Virus record (IMG/VR): IMGVR_UViG_3300005529_000009
Span: 827-64,826 of that record
Length of the DNA stretch: 64,000 bases
DNA from: a virus
Taxonomy: Duplodnaviria > Caudoviricetes
Reading direction: 5' to 3' (one strand)
Below are positions 37,821 through 47,447 of this stretch, one piece after another. Made by a program: the position numbers and the translations under genes. Every line of letters starts with the position of its first letter. The stretch's first letter is position 1. Below the pieces are notes generated by a model. The model saw nothing but the letters and a program-made list of their open reading frames with translations. It was not told the DNA's origin and did not search any database.

Positions 37821-38245
37821 GCGGCTTTTTCAATTATCGGGGCCTTCCTTGAAGCCCGCACCAATCGGCAAAACGCACCAACCTTACGCCAATTCTTGTC
37901 CGCAAAGCACTTTCGGTCAGTTATGAAATCCATGTCCGGCCCGTTAATGTCGTATTTCTGCACAACGTAAACGTCGGAGATTTCTTCTTCCAAGCGGATA
38001 CGCCAGTAAATCCGCCCATCTTTTTCGGAAAGGTAATTGTCAAGCTGCCGATGCATCATCACGGCAACAACCTTCTCTCCAACCTTTTCGTCGCCAGGTC
38101 TTACAAATGAATGAGCAAAAAACTCACGATATGGCTCACCAATTTCGCAAATCGCCGCCGGAATCCCGTCAGTCTGATCCTCAAACCCATTGAGCCAGTC
38201 GTGCAGTTCCTTGAAGGTCTCAGGATACAACTTTGCTTTTGCCAT
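37817..38245 (-). CDS. hypothetical protein
   Basis: GGAGG RBS; ORF track. Confidence 0.65.
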   Translation of the reverse strand: MAKAKLYPETFKELHDWLNGFEDQTDGIPAAICEIGEPYREFFAHSFVRPGDEKVGEKVVAVMMHRQLDNYLSEKDGRIYWRIRLEEEISDVYVVQKYDINGPDMDFITDRKCFADKNWRKVGAFCRLVRASRKAPIIEKAA

Positions 38246-38275
38246 CTTGCCCTCCGGGCGTAAGCGCACCACGCT

Positions 38276-38470
38276 TTAGTTCGGCTTCTTCTCCACCACT
38301 TGCCAATGCGGCGCGGAGACAATCATCATTGCCCCGTTCGCCAGCAGGATTTGATAATAGTTGGCGTCCACGACATCCAACGTTGGCTCGCCCTCAATAT
38401 CGAGCATCCCCATAATGGGGCAGACCATCGGATTGCCGTAGAGCTCGACTTCTACAGACAGGCAGCGCAT
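38276..38470 (-). CDS. hypothetical protein
   Basis: TAATG coupling. Confidence 0.5.
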   Translation of the reverse strand: MRCLSVEVELYGNPMVCPIMGMLDIEGEPTLDVVDANYYQILLANGAMMIVSAPHWQVVEKKPN

Positions 38471-39159
38471 TAAACTTTCTTCGGCTTGGCGTGCGCTTTC
38501 TTGCCGTAGGCTTTAATCTTTTCCTTGCGGCCGTCGCCCGTCAGTGACCCAGCATCAAACGTCCGGCCGCCTTTCTTGAAGCCTTTCGGCGCACCAAGCT
38601 TTTGCGCGTGCGCCGTCTTGACCTTCTGCGGATACTGCGGGGCTGTGGATGACGCCACTTTGCCGCCGCGCTTGAACGCGCGCCCACCCGCCGCGTGTGG
38701 CGGCATCATCGGCGGCATTCCGGGCCTTGGCGGAAGAGCACCGGGCGGCAGACCGGGAGGGGGTCCTGCCGGCCCGGGCATACCCGCAGCCATTCCCGGA
38801 GGAGCTATGGCAGGAGGTGCTGCGGGGCGAGGCATCGGAGGCGGCATCATGGGAGCCTGATGCGGGCTGACCATGACATTGACGGTCGTGCCTTTGTGCT
38901 TGGTACGGCCGCCACGAGCGAACTTGCCGAGATTTCGCTTGGGCTTTTTGCCTTCGGCGCCAACAGAAGCAAGACCGACAGAAGCCTGCGGGCCGTTGGG
39001 AATCTCCTGCCCCGGCTTTTCGGCCATGAACATGCCGCCGCCGGATGTGCCGCCGGTTGAAGTATTGCCAGCCGGATTGCGCGGCGTGCCATGGTAGCCG
39101 GCAATGCGTCTTAGCTTGTCGGCGTGCCCGTCGCGGGCTTCTTTCAGGTGCGGGTGCAT
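38470..39159 (-). CDS. basic Pro/Gly-rich protein with xGG motifs
   Basis: FARGGR, HAAGGR, FKRGGK and FKKGGR. Confidence 0.75.
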   Translation of the reverse strand: MHPHLKEARDGHADKLRRIAGYHGTPRNPAGNTSTGGTSGGGMFMAEKPGQEIPNGPQASVGLASVGAEGKKPKRNLGKFARGGRTKHKGTTVNVMVSPHQAPMMPPPMPRPAAPPAIAPPGMAAGMPGPAGPPPGLPPGALPPRPGMPPMMPPHAAGGRAFKRGGKVASSTAPQYPQKVKTAHAQKLGAPKGFKKGGRTFDAGSLTGDGRKEKIKAYGKKAHAKPKKV

Positions 39160-39185
39160 ATTATATTAGCCTTTCGGAGGGCGCC

Positions 39186-39359
39186 ATGAACCATACAACC
39201 GCTCGCAAAGGAAAACGTATCCACGTTATCTTGGTGAACGGCCGGGCATTCATTGACAAACTAGTGGCCAACAAAAGCCAGCATTACGAGTTTGAGCGAG
39301 AGGGCCGAATTGCGAAAGAGAGTATCAGGTCGTTCTCAATTGCGCGGAAAGCTGCCTAG
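39186..39359 (+). CDS. small Sm/Hfq-fold-like protein, antisense to the late operon
   Basis: GGAGG RBS; IHVILVNG...IAKESIRSF. Confidence 0.5.
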   Translation: MNHTTARKGKRIHVILVNGRAFIDKLVANKSQHYEFEREGRIAKESIRSFSIARKAA

Positions 39360-39643
39360 ATGAGATCCGCCAGCAACTCGATTAGATAGCGGCGCGCGTT
39401 CGGCACCGTATCCCACTTGGCAAAGCCGCGAGTTTCCGAAACTTTCGCCTCGATAAACAACTCAATCGCGTCCGCCAATTCTTCCGTTTTGACGCGGCGC
39501 TGTTCGGCAGCGATTTCAGCCAACCTCTCAGCGGAAAGCGGAGCCGTGGACCAATTCTTTGCTAACTCGACAGGCGGCACAACCTCATCGCCAATGTCGA
39601 TTTTATGTGACTGCGTAGATGATATTTTCCGTTTAGCGCTCAC
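39356..39643 (-). CDS. hypothetical protein
   Basis: GTGA overlap with the portal stop. Confidence 0.55.
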   Translation of the reverse strand: MSAKRKISSTQSHKIDIGDEVVPPVELAKNWSTAPLSAERLAEIAAEQRRVKTEELADAIELFIEAKVSETRGFAKWDTVPNARRYLIELLADLI

Positions 39644-42042
39644 TCTACCTTCCCCTGATGCGCTTCACGCTGCACATCCGCCTGCTGCTGCGCTTGCGCT
39701 AAATCCGACTGCGTACTGATGTGGTGCTGTAACAAATCGGATTGTGTATCAATCTGATGCTTGTGTAGGTCAGCCGCACGATCCGCGTTCTGCTGCTGTA
39801 AATTCGCCACGCGATCCGCACGCCGTTGCTGTGCATCCATTTGCTGTTGCTGCGCGTCCAATGCCATCTGCTTGCGAGCGTTTGCCTGGTCGTCTTGATG
39901 AATGACTTGCTCGCGCGCCAGATTGATGATGGCGACATTCTCTTCCATCTGCGATTTCTTCGCTTCGGTCAGATTGTCGAGCGAGGATTGCTGTTGCTTG
40001 GTCTGCGCGTCCATCAATTTCGCGGATGCCGTCTTATCGGCCGCCTGCGCGCTTTGCATCGCCGCCTGTCCCTTCAAATCAGGAGGCGCCTGCGGAGGTG
40101 CATTCGATTTCAGGGCCTCGATATCCCCGATCCCCATCATCTGCATGCCGCGGGTTTTAATCGCCACCTGATCCCAGGCGGGATCGTTCATGGTCAACTG
40201 CACCAAAGCCGCCGCCTTCATAATCCGCTCCATTTGGGACGCGGTGTTCGGATCTGCACGCGGCACTAGCTGAAAGTTCTCTAGAGCGGCTAGAAATTTA
40301 ACCTTCCGTTTTTCATCAGCCTGCTCTTGCGCCTGCTCGGTGGCAATGAGCGACGGATCGACTTGCGATTCCTGGGCAATGAACAGTTCTAAGACTTTGG
40401 ACTTCTTGTTATGTCTCCATAACGCTTCCGGGTCTTCCATGAAGCGTTGACGGAGTAGCTGAAACTCTTCGCTCTGCGCTTGATGCAGCCTCTTATGGAC
40501 CGCACTCATGACTTTCGTGGCTTGCTCGATTAACGCTAACGTGGTTCCAACCGGGGCGTCTTGCTTGCCCTCACCGACCGGAAGTTCTGCCGTTCCTCCT
40601 ACTCTTTGGCCGGTTTGCACCACATCTTGAATAAGCTGCATCATCGCAGCGTTGGGCGGATTGTAGGGCAGTGCCATCAGGGCTTGGCGAATGTCCTGGA
40701 TGCCAGGAAGGTCAATCGGCACACCACCGCCAGGCGGAACGCGAAACTCGTTGGTCAGTTGTTTCCCGGCCTGCTTGAGATATAGAAATCCGGGGAAGCA
40801 ACTAAACGCACCCGCATCCAGCATTTCTCGCCAGCCTGCGGTAGCAGCCAGCGTCACATCACCGAGAATTTGTAGCAATCCAATATCGTAGAAACCAAAT
40901 CCCGGAACGAACGGATATTTTACGAACGTGGTCCGCGTTAAACACTGGTCGTCGTCAGGATCCCAGTCCCTTGTGACTTCCAGAACCTCACGGGAATCCT
41001 TGTCGATGGAGACTTTCCACGGCAACGGAAGGCCGGTTAATTCTCCCTTTTCCTTGTGCTCGTAGCCGGGGATTTCCAGTTCGCAATAGCACTCGTAAAT
41101 CTCGCGGTCCAAATCTCGCGGGTCTACGCTGGGCGATTGTTGAATACCCTGAACTTCCGCCTTCTTCTGATCGACCGTATTCGGTAATGTTGGAATGGCA
41201 TCGGGCAGATGCACATCACGATAGCGGCCGAGTAACTGCATCCGCCGCACAATCGACGGCCGCATGAGAATCCGATGCGTAACACGCCGACAGGATTTTA
41301 GGTCGGTCGCCGCATTCGAGACAATCAGGTTTTCCGGCTCAATGGATTCCGAAACCGGACGCCTTCGGATTGGGCAGTTGTAAACCTTCTTGAAACTGCA
41401 ACCTCGAAATCCGGTAACGAGCAACTGCCTATCGGTATCGGGATAATACTCGCTCGCCGTCGTAGTCAGGTAGTGATTGAAATCGTCCTCTAAAGCCTTG
41501 GCAAGAATCTCGTCATTCTGCGTCGCATCGCCATCAAACGTGACCTTGACCGGACCATCGGCGGGTAAAAGTTCCCCGCGGGCATTCGCTTGAAAGCGAA
41601 GCGAGGCTTCCTTCAATAACGGATGATTGACCTTGCTGGTTCCCTCAAGCTGAGCGCCGCCTAACTGAGAACTCGCGGGCGTTCTAATACGAAGCCCGAA
41701 AAGGTCAATGCCCTTTGATGTCGCTTCCAGCCAGTCATGACGCGATTGGTCGTCCGCGTCGATGCCTCTCAATAGTTCGTCCGCTATCTTGCCTAAGTCT
41801 TCCCGTGAAAGCTTTTCGGCCAGGTTGGCGAAGTGGTCGCTGTCGTCAACGGTTTGGTCGTTCGGCGCCGGACCAATTTCGACCGAGCCATCATCATGCG
41901 TAATTTTGACGGTGCCGGTCTTTTCGTCAAATTGCACATCGTCGGGATTGTCCGCGACGATCTCAATGTCTACCGCGTCCGGCAGCGTTGTTTCTGGCGG
42001 AGGATAGCGTAAGACGTTGTTGAAATCATAGGCGTTAGCCAT
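39640..42042 (-). CDS. portal protein
   Basis: DDQSR.DW, HPLL.EA..FQA, FKKVY, GFYDIGL, APVGTTLALIE; Gln-rich barrel tail. Confidence 0.9.
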   Translation of the reverse strand: MANAYDFNNVLRYPPPETTLPDAVDIEIVADNPDDVQFDEKTGTVKITHDDGSVEIGPAPNDQTVDDSDHFANLAEKLSREDLGKIADELLRGIDADDQSRHDWLEATSKGIDLFGLRIRTPASSQLGGAQLEGTSKVNHPLLKEASLRFQANARGELLPADGPVKVTFDGDATQNDEILAKALEDDFNHYLTTTASEYYPDTDRQLLVTGFRGCSFKKVYNCPIRRRPVSESIEPENLIVSNAATDLKSCRRVTHRILMRPSIVRRMQLLGRYRDVHLPDAIPTLPNTVDQKKAEVQGIQQSPSVDPRDLDREIYECYCELEIPGYEHKEKGELTGLPLPWKVSIDKDSREVLEVTRDWDPDDDQCLTRTTFVKYPFVPGFGFYDIGLLQILGDVTLAATAGWREMLDAGAFSCFPGFLYLKQAGKQLTNEFRVPPGGGVPIDLPGIQDIRQALMALPYNPPNAAMMQLIQDVVQTGQRVGGTAELPVGEGKQDAPVGTTLALIEQATKVMSAVHKRLHQAQSEEFQLLRQRFMEDPEALWRHNKKSKVLELFIAQESQVDPSLIATEQAQEQADEKRKVKFLAALENFQLVPRADPNTASQMERIMKAAALVQLTMNDPAWDQVAIKTRGMQMMGIGDIEALKSNAPPQAPPDLKGQAAMQSAQAADKTASAKLMDAQTKQQQSSLDNLTEAKKSQMEENVAIINLAREQVIHQDDQANARKQMALDAQQQQMDAQQRRADRVANLQQQNADRAADLHKHQIDTQSDLLQHHISTQSDLAQAQQQADVQREAHQGKVE

Positions 42043-42072
42043 TACAATTAGCGCACCATTATGGAGCGGACC

Positions 42073-42273
42073 ATGAACAACATCCCTCGGGCGAAAGTCG
42101 GGAATACCGAATTGCAATGGTTCAAGCGCACGGAGTTCAATTTGGCTAGAAAGGCGGGGTGGAAAGCCTCAAAATGGGGCGACACGGAAATTTTAGAAAA
42201 CAATAGAAAGCTCTTTGAACGAACTATCGAACCGAAATCGAAATGCCGAGCAGCAGGTGGAGCAGCGGAATAA
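42073..42273 (+). CDS. hypothetical protein, antisense to the late operon
   Basis: GGAG RBS 6 nt upstream of ATG. Confidence 0.4.
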   Translation: MNNIPRAKVGNTELQWFKRTEFNLARKAGWKASKWGDTEILENNRKLFERTIEPKSKCRAAGGAAE

Positions 42274-42486
42274 CCACATAGAACAGCACAATCGCCACCA
42301 CCAGGGTTCGCTATCTAAGCTAAACTTGGTATCCCGCATTGCGCAGCGCATTCGCAGGCAAAATAAATTTATAAGTTGACGCGGAGTACCACCTCTTTCA
42401 TTTCTTTGACCCAAGCGAACCGCAATCTCCTCTAAACTCAAGCCTTCACAATAAAGCAAAAATGCATGTTCACGGCGCGCCAACAT
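42193..42486 (-). CDS. hypothetical HTH-like protein
   Basis: EGLSLEEIAVRLG. Confidence 0.45.
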   Translation of the reverse strand: MLARREHAFLLYCEGLSLEEIAVRLGQRNERGGTPRQLINLFCLRMRCAMRDTKFSLDSEPWWWRLCCSMWLFRCSTCCSAFRFRFDSSFKELSIVF

Positions 42487-42499
42487 ATAATCGTCAGCG

Positions 42500-44251
42500 T
42501 CAGCTTCCCGGATATAACGGTTCAGGCCGCTTTCGATACTTCGTCGTTTCTTCCAACTCCGCAGCGTATTCTTCCTTGCGATCGGCTAAACCGTGAAGAC
42601 GCAGCCAGTTCAAAGCCTGGGTGACGGAATCAACAACGTCGTCATGCGTGCCCTTGGGGAATTTCGAGCACTCATCGACAACCATGTAAGCCCAATCAAT
42701 CTGGTTCGGATTGGGCACCCAGATCATCTTGTCGGTGAACATATGAACGATGGAGTGGGCGCGTGCCACTTTATCGAGGTTGCCGGGGTTTATCTCAATA
42801 ACAGAGAACTCATTCCGCGCATAAGCACGGCGCATTTCCTGTACAATGGATTTCCCAGAGGCTTTTGCTTCGACCAGCAACTGAGAAACGTGGTACCGCT
42901 TGCAATCTTTCGCGACCCGCTCGAGCAAATCATGAAACTCTAACTTGGATTGCCACGCATAAAGCAACATCCAACGCCTTACCGCCTGGCCGGGAATAGG
43001 CGTTTGAACCTTGCCCTGCGGGGTAAAGGTTATCGCGTACTTCATGTGCTCGGGATCGAGGGGTAACAAAAACGAACCCCAGACCGTCAGAGCACTGTAG
43101 TCGTTTTCCTTCTTGATATCGTAAGCGGTGTCTAACGAAGCTACTACAAAATCACACGGCGGAAGGTTCTTGGTCGCGCCTTTCTCTTCGTTCCACTCCA
43201 GCCCGCAACGGTTTGCGGTCTCGGCATCCCAATACTGCCACCAGTCCGCTTTGAGGATCGAACCACCCCGGGGAACAGGCATTTGCTGCCATTGCCCGGC
43301 CCACTCGAACGGGTTTCTCTTGAACTCGGCAAGCTTTTCCTTGGTAAAACGCTGCGGCCATAACAGCTCGCCATCGTCTTGCCGGGGATCTTCCCACGCC
43401 TTGTCAGCAAATTCCTCTGTGTGTAAAAGCGGGACAGTCACGCAAGACCGGTTGCTTTCAAACTCCGCCGGCAATCTTAAGACAACAAAATCTTCATCGT
43501 TATTGATGACATGCCCCGCCAAATCATCCTCATGCAGGCGTTGCATGATAATCACTTCGGCCGATGTGCGCGGATCCGTAATGCGCGATTTCAGCGTGCC
43601 GTCATAAGTCCGCAACACACTTTGTCGGGTGACTTCCGATTCCGCCTCATCCACCTTGTGCGGATCATCAAGGATTTTAATATCACCGCCACGGCCAAGA
43701 ACAGAACCGCCGAAGGAAGCACTTATTCGCGTTCCGCCAGCCGTAGTGTCAAACTTTTCCTTTGCTTCCTGATCCCGCGCAATCTTAACCCGATGACCCC
43801 ACCGCTTCTGATACCACTCGGAAACCACAAGACGATGCGCTAACGTAGCGTTGTCCATCGCCAGTCGGTCCGAATAGGACAGGCACAGAAACTTGGCCTG
43901 CGGCCCAAGAAGCGGATAATCCTGGTCAGGTTCTTGGCACCATAACCAGGCCGGAAACGCTACAGACGCGAGTAGGGTTTTGGTATGCCGCGGCGGTATG
44001 GTGATGAGCAACTTGCGGATTTGCCCATAGGCTACCGCTGAGAGATGTTCGGCTATCGCCTCGTGATGCCAGTTGAGTTCTAATGGAGCTGGATCGAATT
44101 CCGGCCACGCGGCCGAAAAAAAGTCAATGAACGATGTCTCCAGCTTCCGGCATTCCCTCGCCAATGCTCTCTTCCGAGAATCCTCCGTCACCCTCTTTGT
44201 CAAATACGCGAAGCGCCGCCATCTCTCTGGCGAAATAGGCTCTACGTTCAT
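42500..44251 (-). CDS. terL: terminase large subunit
   Basis: IPPRHTKT (Walker A), ILDDP (Walker B), MQRLHEDD, SLDTA, EAKASG and HDDVVD. Confidence 0.95.
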   Translation of the reverse strand: MNVEPISPERWRRFAYLTKRVTEDSRKRALARECRKLETSFIDFFSAAWPEFDPAPLELNWHHEAIAEHLSAVAYGQIRKLLITIPPRHTKTLLASVAFPAWLWCQEPDQDYPLLGPQAKFLCLSYSDRLAMDNATLAHRLVVSEWYQKRWGHRVKIARDQEAKEKFDTTAGGTRISASFGGSVLGRGGDIKILDDPHKVDEAESEVTRQSVLRTYDGTLKSRITDPRTSAEVIIMQRLHEDDLAGHVINNDEDFVVLRLPAEFESNRSCVTVPLLHTEEFADKAWEDPRQDDGELLWPQRFTKEKLAEFKRNPFEWAGQWQQMPVPRGGSILKADWWQYWDAETANRCGLEWNEEKGATKNLPPCDFVVASLDTAYDIKKENDYSALTVWGSFLLPLDPEHMKYAITFTPQGKVQTPIPGQAVRRWMLLYAWQSKLEFHDLLERVAKDCKRYHVSQLLVEAKASGKSIVQEMRRAYARNEFSVIEINPGNLDKVARAHSIVHMFTDKMIWVPNPNQIDWAYMVVDECSKFPKGTHDDVVDSVTQALNWLRLHGLADRKEEYAAELEETTKYRKRPEPLYPGS

Positions 44252-44621
44252 CTTCCGTCATTGCGTCAATATCGGCAAACTCCCCAGGAACACCCTGTTC
44301 GGTGCGCTCAACGCGCTTGCCTGAAAGAACACCCTTTTCGCGAATAGCCGACACAGCAGCGGACGGTTGCTGAATTTCCATTGCCAGCTTGCGAGCGGCC
44401 TCAGCCTCGGAAATCAAGCTTTCGACGGTTACAATTGCGCGCTCGGCACTGCGAGATTGCAGTTCATCTAGACGCGCTAAAATGTTGCCATTTGCTGCCA
44501 AGCGTGACGCGTGACCGCGATCACCTTTGTAACCCGCTGCCTCATAAGCCTCAGTCGCGCTTTTGCCCTTTGCTAGTTCTTGGCAAAACTTTTCGTGCCG
44601 AGGATTTTTTAGAACTCCCAT
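44124..44621 (-). CDS. terS: terminase small subunit
   Basis: LKNPRHEKFCQ..A.G.SATEAY..AGY, ASRL and AAVSA; directly upstream of terL. Confidence 0.85.
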   Translation of the reverse strand: MGVLKNPRHEKFCQELAKGKSATEAYEAAGYKGDRGHASRLAANGNILARLDELQSRSAERAIVTVESLISEAEAARKLAMEIQQPSAAVSAIREKGVLSGKRVERTEQGVPGEFADIDAMTEDERRAYFAREMAALRVFDKEGDGGFSEESIGEGMPEAGDIVH

Positions 44622-45127
44622 TAGGCAGCTCGCGCAAACTCGCCAAATAATCTTTGGGCGGCCAAGAGATAAGCGTTATGGGCGGCCTCAGGATTATCAA
44701 ATCGCCCAAGATGATGTTGCTTGCCATCCTTCATGATTGAAGAGCGCCAGCGACCCTCAGCCTTTATATACGAAACGCCCTTAAAACCGCTTGTATTGGA
44801 TGAGCGCAAACATCCATTTGCTAGATTTTCAGAATTAGTAGCAAGCCTCAAATTTTTAATGCGGTTATCACAACCGTCACCATTAATGTGGTCTATTCTG
44901 GAGATGGGCCATTCGCCGTAAAACAAAAACCAAGCGATACGATGAGCTAAATAGCGCCGGCGCGCTACTACGATAGACCAATAGCCACATAAATGTCTCG
45001 AACCAGCAATTTGTCCCGCTACAATGCGGTGATGCCCAACTCGCCAATAAAGGCGTCCGGTTTCTGGCTCATATCGGAGTAAATCCTGAATGAGCACGTC
45101 ATGACGCGGGTTTTTCAGGACGGGCAC
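44621..45127 (-). CDS. HNH homing endonuclease inserted at the terS start
   Basis: AHRIAW...IDHINGDGCDNRIKNLR; N-terminus MPVLKNPRH matches TerS. Confidence 0.9.
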   Translation of the reverse strand: MPVLKNPRHDVLIQDLLRYEPETGRLYWRVGHHRIVAGQIAGSRHLCGYWSIVVARRRYLAHRIAWFLFYGEWPISRIDHINGDGCDNRIKNLRLATNSENLANGCLRSSNTSGFKGVSYIKAEGRWRSSIMKDGKQHHLGRFDNPEAAHNAYLLAAQRLFGEFARAA

Positions 45128-45634
45128 TGAATTAACCTGCCGCCTTGAGATACGCAGTAGCCAAATCCGTTAATTGCTTGCGATTTCGCAGAACTGTCTG
45201 TTTTGCTACTCCATGGCGTGATTTCATCGCGAATGGGCCCCATCTTTTGTAGCGCAGCTTGTTTCAAAAATCGGACCAGGCCAAGTGACCCCCATTGATC
45301 CTCAGGGTCTTCAGATCGGTCGTTCATTCGCGGTTCAAGGGTGGACAGTTCAAAAGAATCTCAGGGCGATCAGGCCGACCTTGGCGCACGATGATTGGAG
45401 GATGCTACATTACTAGGAGTCAAGTGGATAATTCCGTACCATTTCTGGTATTTCGTCATTGACCGATTTTTTTAAAGATTTCCGGCAAAATGGCCCCGCT
45501 GTGAACCTCGGAAAAAAATTGAGGTTCTCCAGGGGCCTCGGCTAACCGCCTAAAACGGTCCTTTGACCGCTAAACTTCCGCCACTTTAAGGCGTCGTCCA
45601 CCGTGGCTTACGCAAATCACCAAGATTGCTCCGT

Positions 45635-45799
45635 TTAAGGCGTTTTCGGAGGAATGTCAACGTCAGGCACCTTGCGCCTAAACTCCCCCTCGGCAAACTC
45701 GTAACCTTGCTTCTCCATTTCCGCGCCGACACAATGCTCGTATTTGCACAAATTGACCGCGCGACATTGGCCATAAATACATTGCGACCGAGCAACCAT
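45635..45799 (-). CDS. 54-aa Cys-rich hypothetical protein
   Basis: Read by hand: MVARSQCIYGQC...PPKTP; GGAGG upstream. Confidence 0.45.
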   Translation of the reverse strand: MVARSQCIYGQCRAVNLCKYEHCVGAEMEKQGYEFAEGEFRRKVPDVDIPPKTP

Positions 45800-45829
45800 C
45801 ACACCGCCTCCATCTCGCTCACCGGCAAT

Positions 45830-46630
45830 TCATGAAACAACACGATAGCGCGACTGACGGATTCCTATCGACGGGTCGCCACGCCAATGCGCAGAAACAT
45901 ACTCCAATCGGCCGAGCCTAATCCTGATATGCTTGCGGACGAAGTGTAAGGCTCGCGCCCCAGTTAAATAGCCATCTCTGTGACTTTCCGGCTCCTCGGG
46001 ATTTCTTACCCGCAAAACAATTTCAGTCCATGCGTGCATCGGAAATTTTCCGCCGCGCAACTTATTCAAGTCGCGCTGCAAACCCTTATGTGGCTGATGC
46101 TGCACGTGAGAAATAACCCGGGGCGAATTAATTAAGGCGAGCGCGGAAAACAGCCAACACACCCCCTGTAAAAGGTGCCCTTCTCCTTCTCCCCATGTAT
46201 GCAGACGGCCATTTTGCAAATCTATCCTGCCCATCTGATATGTCGTCCATTTATGAGTCGTATCCTCAGGATGCGGTGCCTCAATAGCATACTCATTTGC
46301 CCAACCATCCCCCCGATCCACCAGATAGGTGGCGTTGCCGCCGTTATACTTTCGGCCCTTGGTATCGCACTCAATCCACGTCCTTGGGGCCGGAAGAAAT
46401 ATCAACTTACCTAAAGCGGCAGTTTGTTTTTCTCCTTCCGTCTGGTAATCATCATCGCCCTCAAAGCTTAGTGTTAGCTCCCTAATTATGGAATCAACAT
46501 TTGTTACATCGAAGCAATGAAAATCCTCCAAAAGTCCCCGTTCTACGAGGTTTTCTCTGTCGTCCAATGGCTCTCGCCTCTTAGGCGGAAGAGTAAACCG
46601 CTTCATGAAACGATGTGCCAACGGCGTCAT
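45830..46630 (-). CDS. hypothetical phage protein inserted at the 3' end of the nusG-like gene
   Basis: FLPAPRTWIE...ALHFVRKHIR...HWRGD; flanked by a 33-bp imperfect duplication. Confidence 0.8.
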   Translation of the reverse strand: MTPLAHRFMKRFTLPPKRREPLDDRENLVERGLLEDFHCFDVTNVDSIIRELTLSFEGDDDYQTEGEKQTAALGKLIFLPAPRTWIECDTKGRKYNGGNATYLVDRGDGWANEYAIEAPHPEDTTHKWTTYQMGRIDLQNGRLHTWGEGEGHLLQGVCWLFSALALINSPRVISHVQHQPHKGLQRDLNKLRGGKFPMHAWTEIVLRVRNPEEPESHRDGYLTGARALHFVRKHIRIRLGRLEYVSAHWRGDPSIGIRQSRYRVVS

Positions 46631-46640
46631 ATACTCACCA

Positions 46641-47255
46641 CTATACGGCCTCTATCTCACTTACCGGCAATTCCCATTCCCGCACTGCACCAAAAAACTG
46701 GGCCTCCACTACGATTTTAGTCTTCGAGGCAATGCGCTTGATTTTGCCGTCCAACTCTACCCTTCTGATTCGCACTTTTTGGCCTTCCTTGAACGGGATT
46801 CCTTCTGCGGCTGCAATGGCCGAGGCATTCAACGCGGCCTCGATTTCCTTGATGCGCTCAATGCCTTGCCTACCGTCTTCAGGCAATTCTACCAAGTTCT
46901 CGCCGTTTCGCATAATTCGCCGCGCTCCTGGCGCGCTCTCGATTAAGTCGCAATTTATGGTCTGCAATATCGGTATCGGGATAAACAGATAACCCGGGAT
47001 AACGCTCCGCCAGCGCACTTCCGTCCGATGACGGTTTAACTTTACGAAGCCTTTATAGCGGGGCCAGTACGGCTCGTATTGCCTTCTACGTAGCCAAATA
47101 CAAATCCGGCGCTCTCTACCGCTCTCCACCAAAAGAGCGTACCAGCGGCGCGGTAAATCGGTTCCAGGCAATAATTCCGCGCTCTCCTCGACCTGATAGC
47201 GCAAGACGGCCTCAAGCAGTAATGGTTTTTGTGTCAATGCTAGTGCCCCGTGCAT
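46641..47255 (-). CDS. NusG/RfaH-family antitermination factor (probable late activator)
   Basis: WYALLVESGRE, VIPGYLFI (NGN domain), FKEGQKVRI (KOW), FFG..ELPVSEIE. Confidence 0.85.
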   Translation of the reverse strand: MHGALALTQKPLLLEAVLRYQVEESAELLPGTDLPRRWYALLVESGRERRICIWLRRRQYEPYWPRYKGFVKLNRHRTEVRWRSVIPGYLFIPIPILQTINCDLIESAPGARRIMRNGENLVELPEDGRQGIERIKEIEAALNASAIAAAEGIPFKEGQKVRIRRVELDGKIKRIASKTKIVVEAQFFGAVREWELPVSEIEAV

Positions 47256-47264
47256 TATTCCCCC

Positions 47265-47447
47265 TTAACTTTGCGAACCGCTCCGCAGCCCGCATTCATC
47301 AATGAATTTACGGCGATCGAAGTTCTTTTCACGCTCCAAAAAATCAGCAATGGTTTCCGCTATTTCCTCCAAATTGTACAACCACGCAGCCCGTCCTACA
47401 TCGTCAGCTTGAGATGCAAGATAAATCGCGCGAGCGATAGAACTCAT
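47265..47447 (-). CDS. hypothetical protein
   Basis: IAD.LE...NFDR.KF...C. Confidence 0.5.
   Translation of the reverse strand: MSSIARAIYLASQADDVGRAAWLYNLEEIAETIADFLEREKNFDRRKFIDECGLRSGSQS

Noticed and set aside
45328-45634. tRNA or known ncRNA in the gap upstream of terminase
   Set aside because: No cloverleaf or T-loop/CCA is visible; more likely the late promoter/antitermination/pac region, which I cannot delimit
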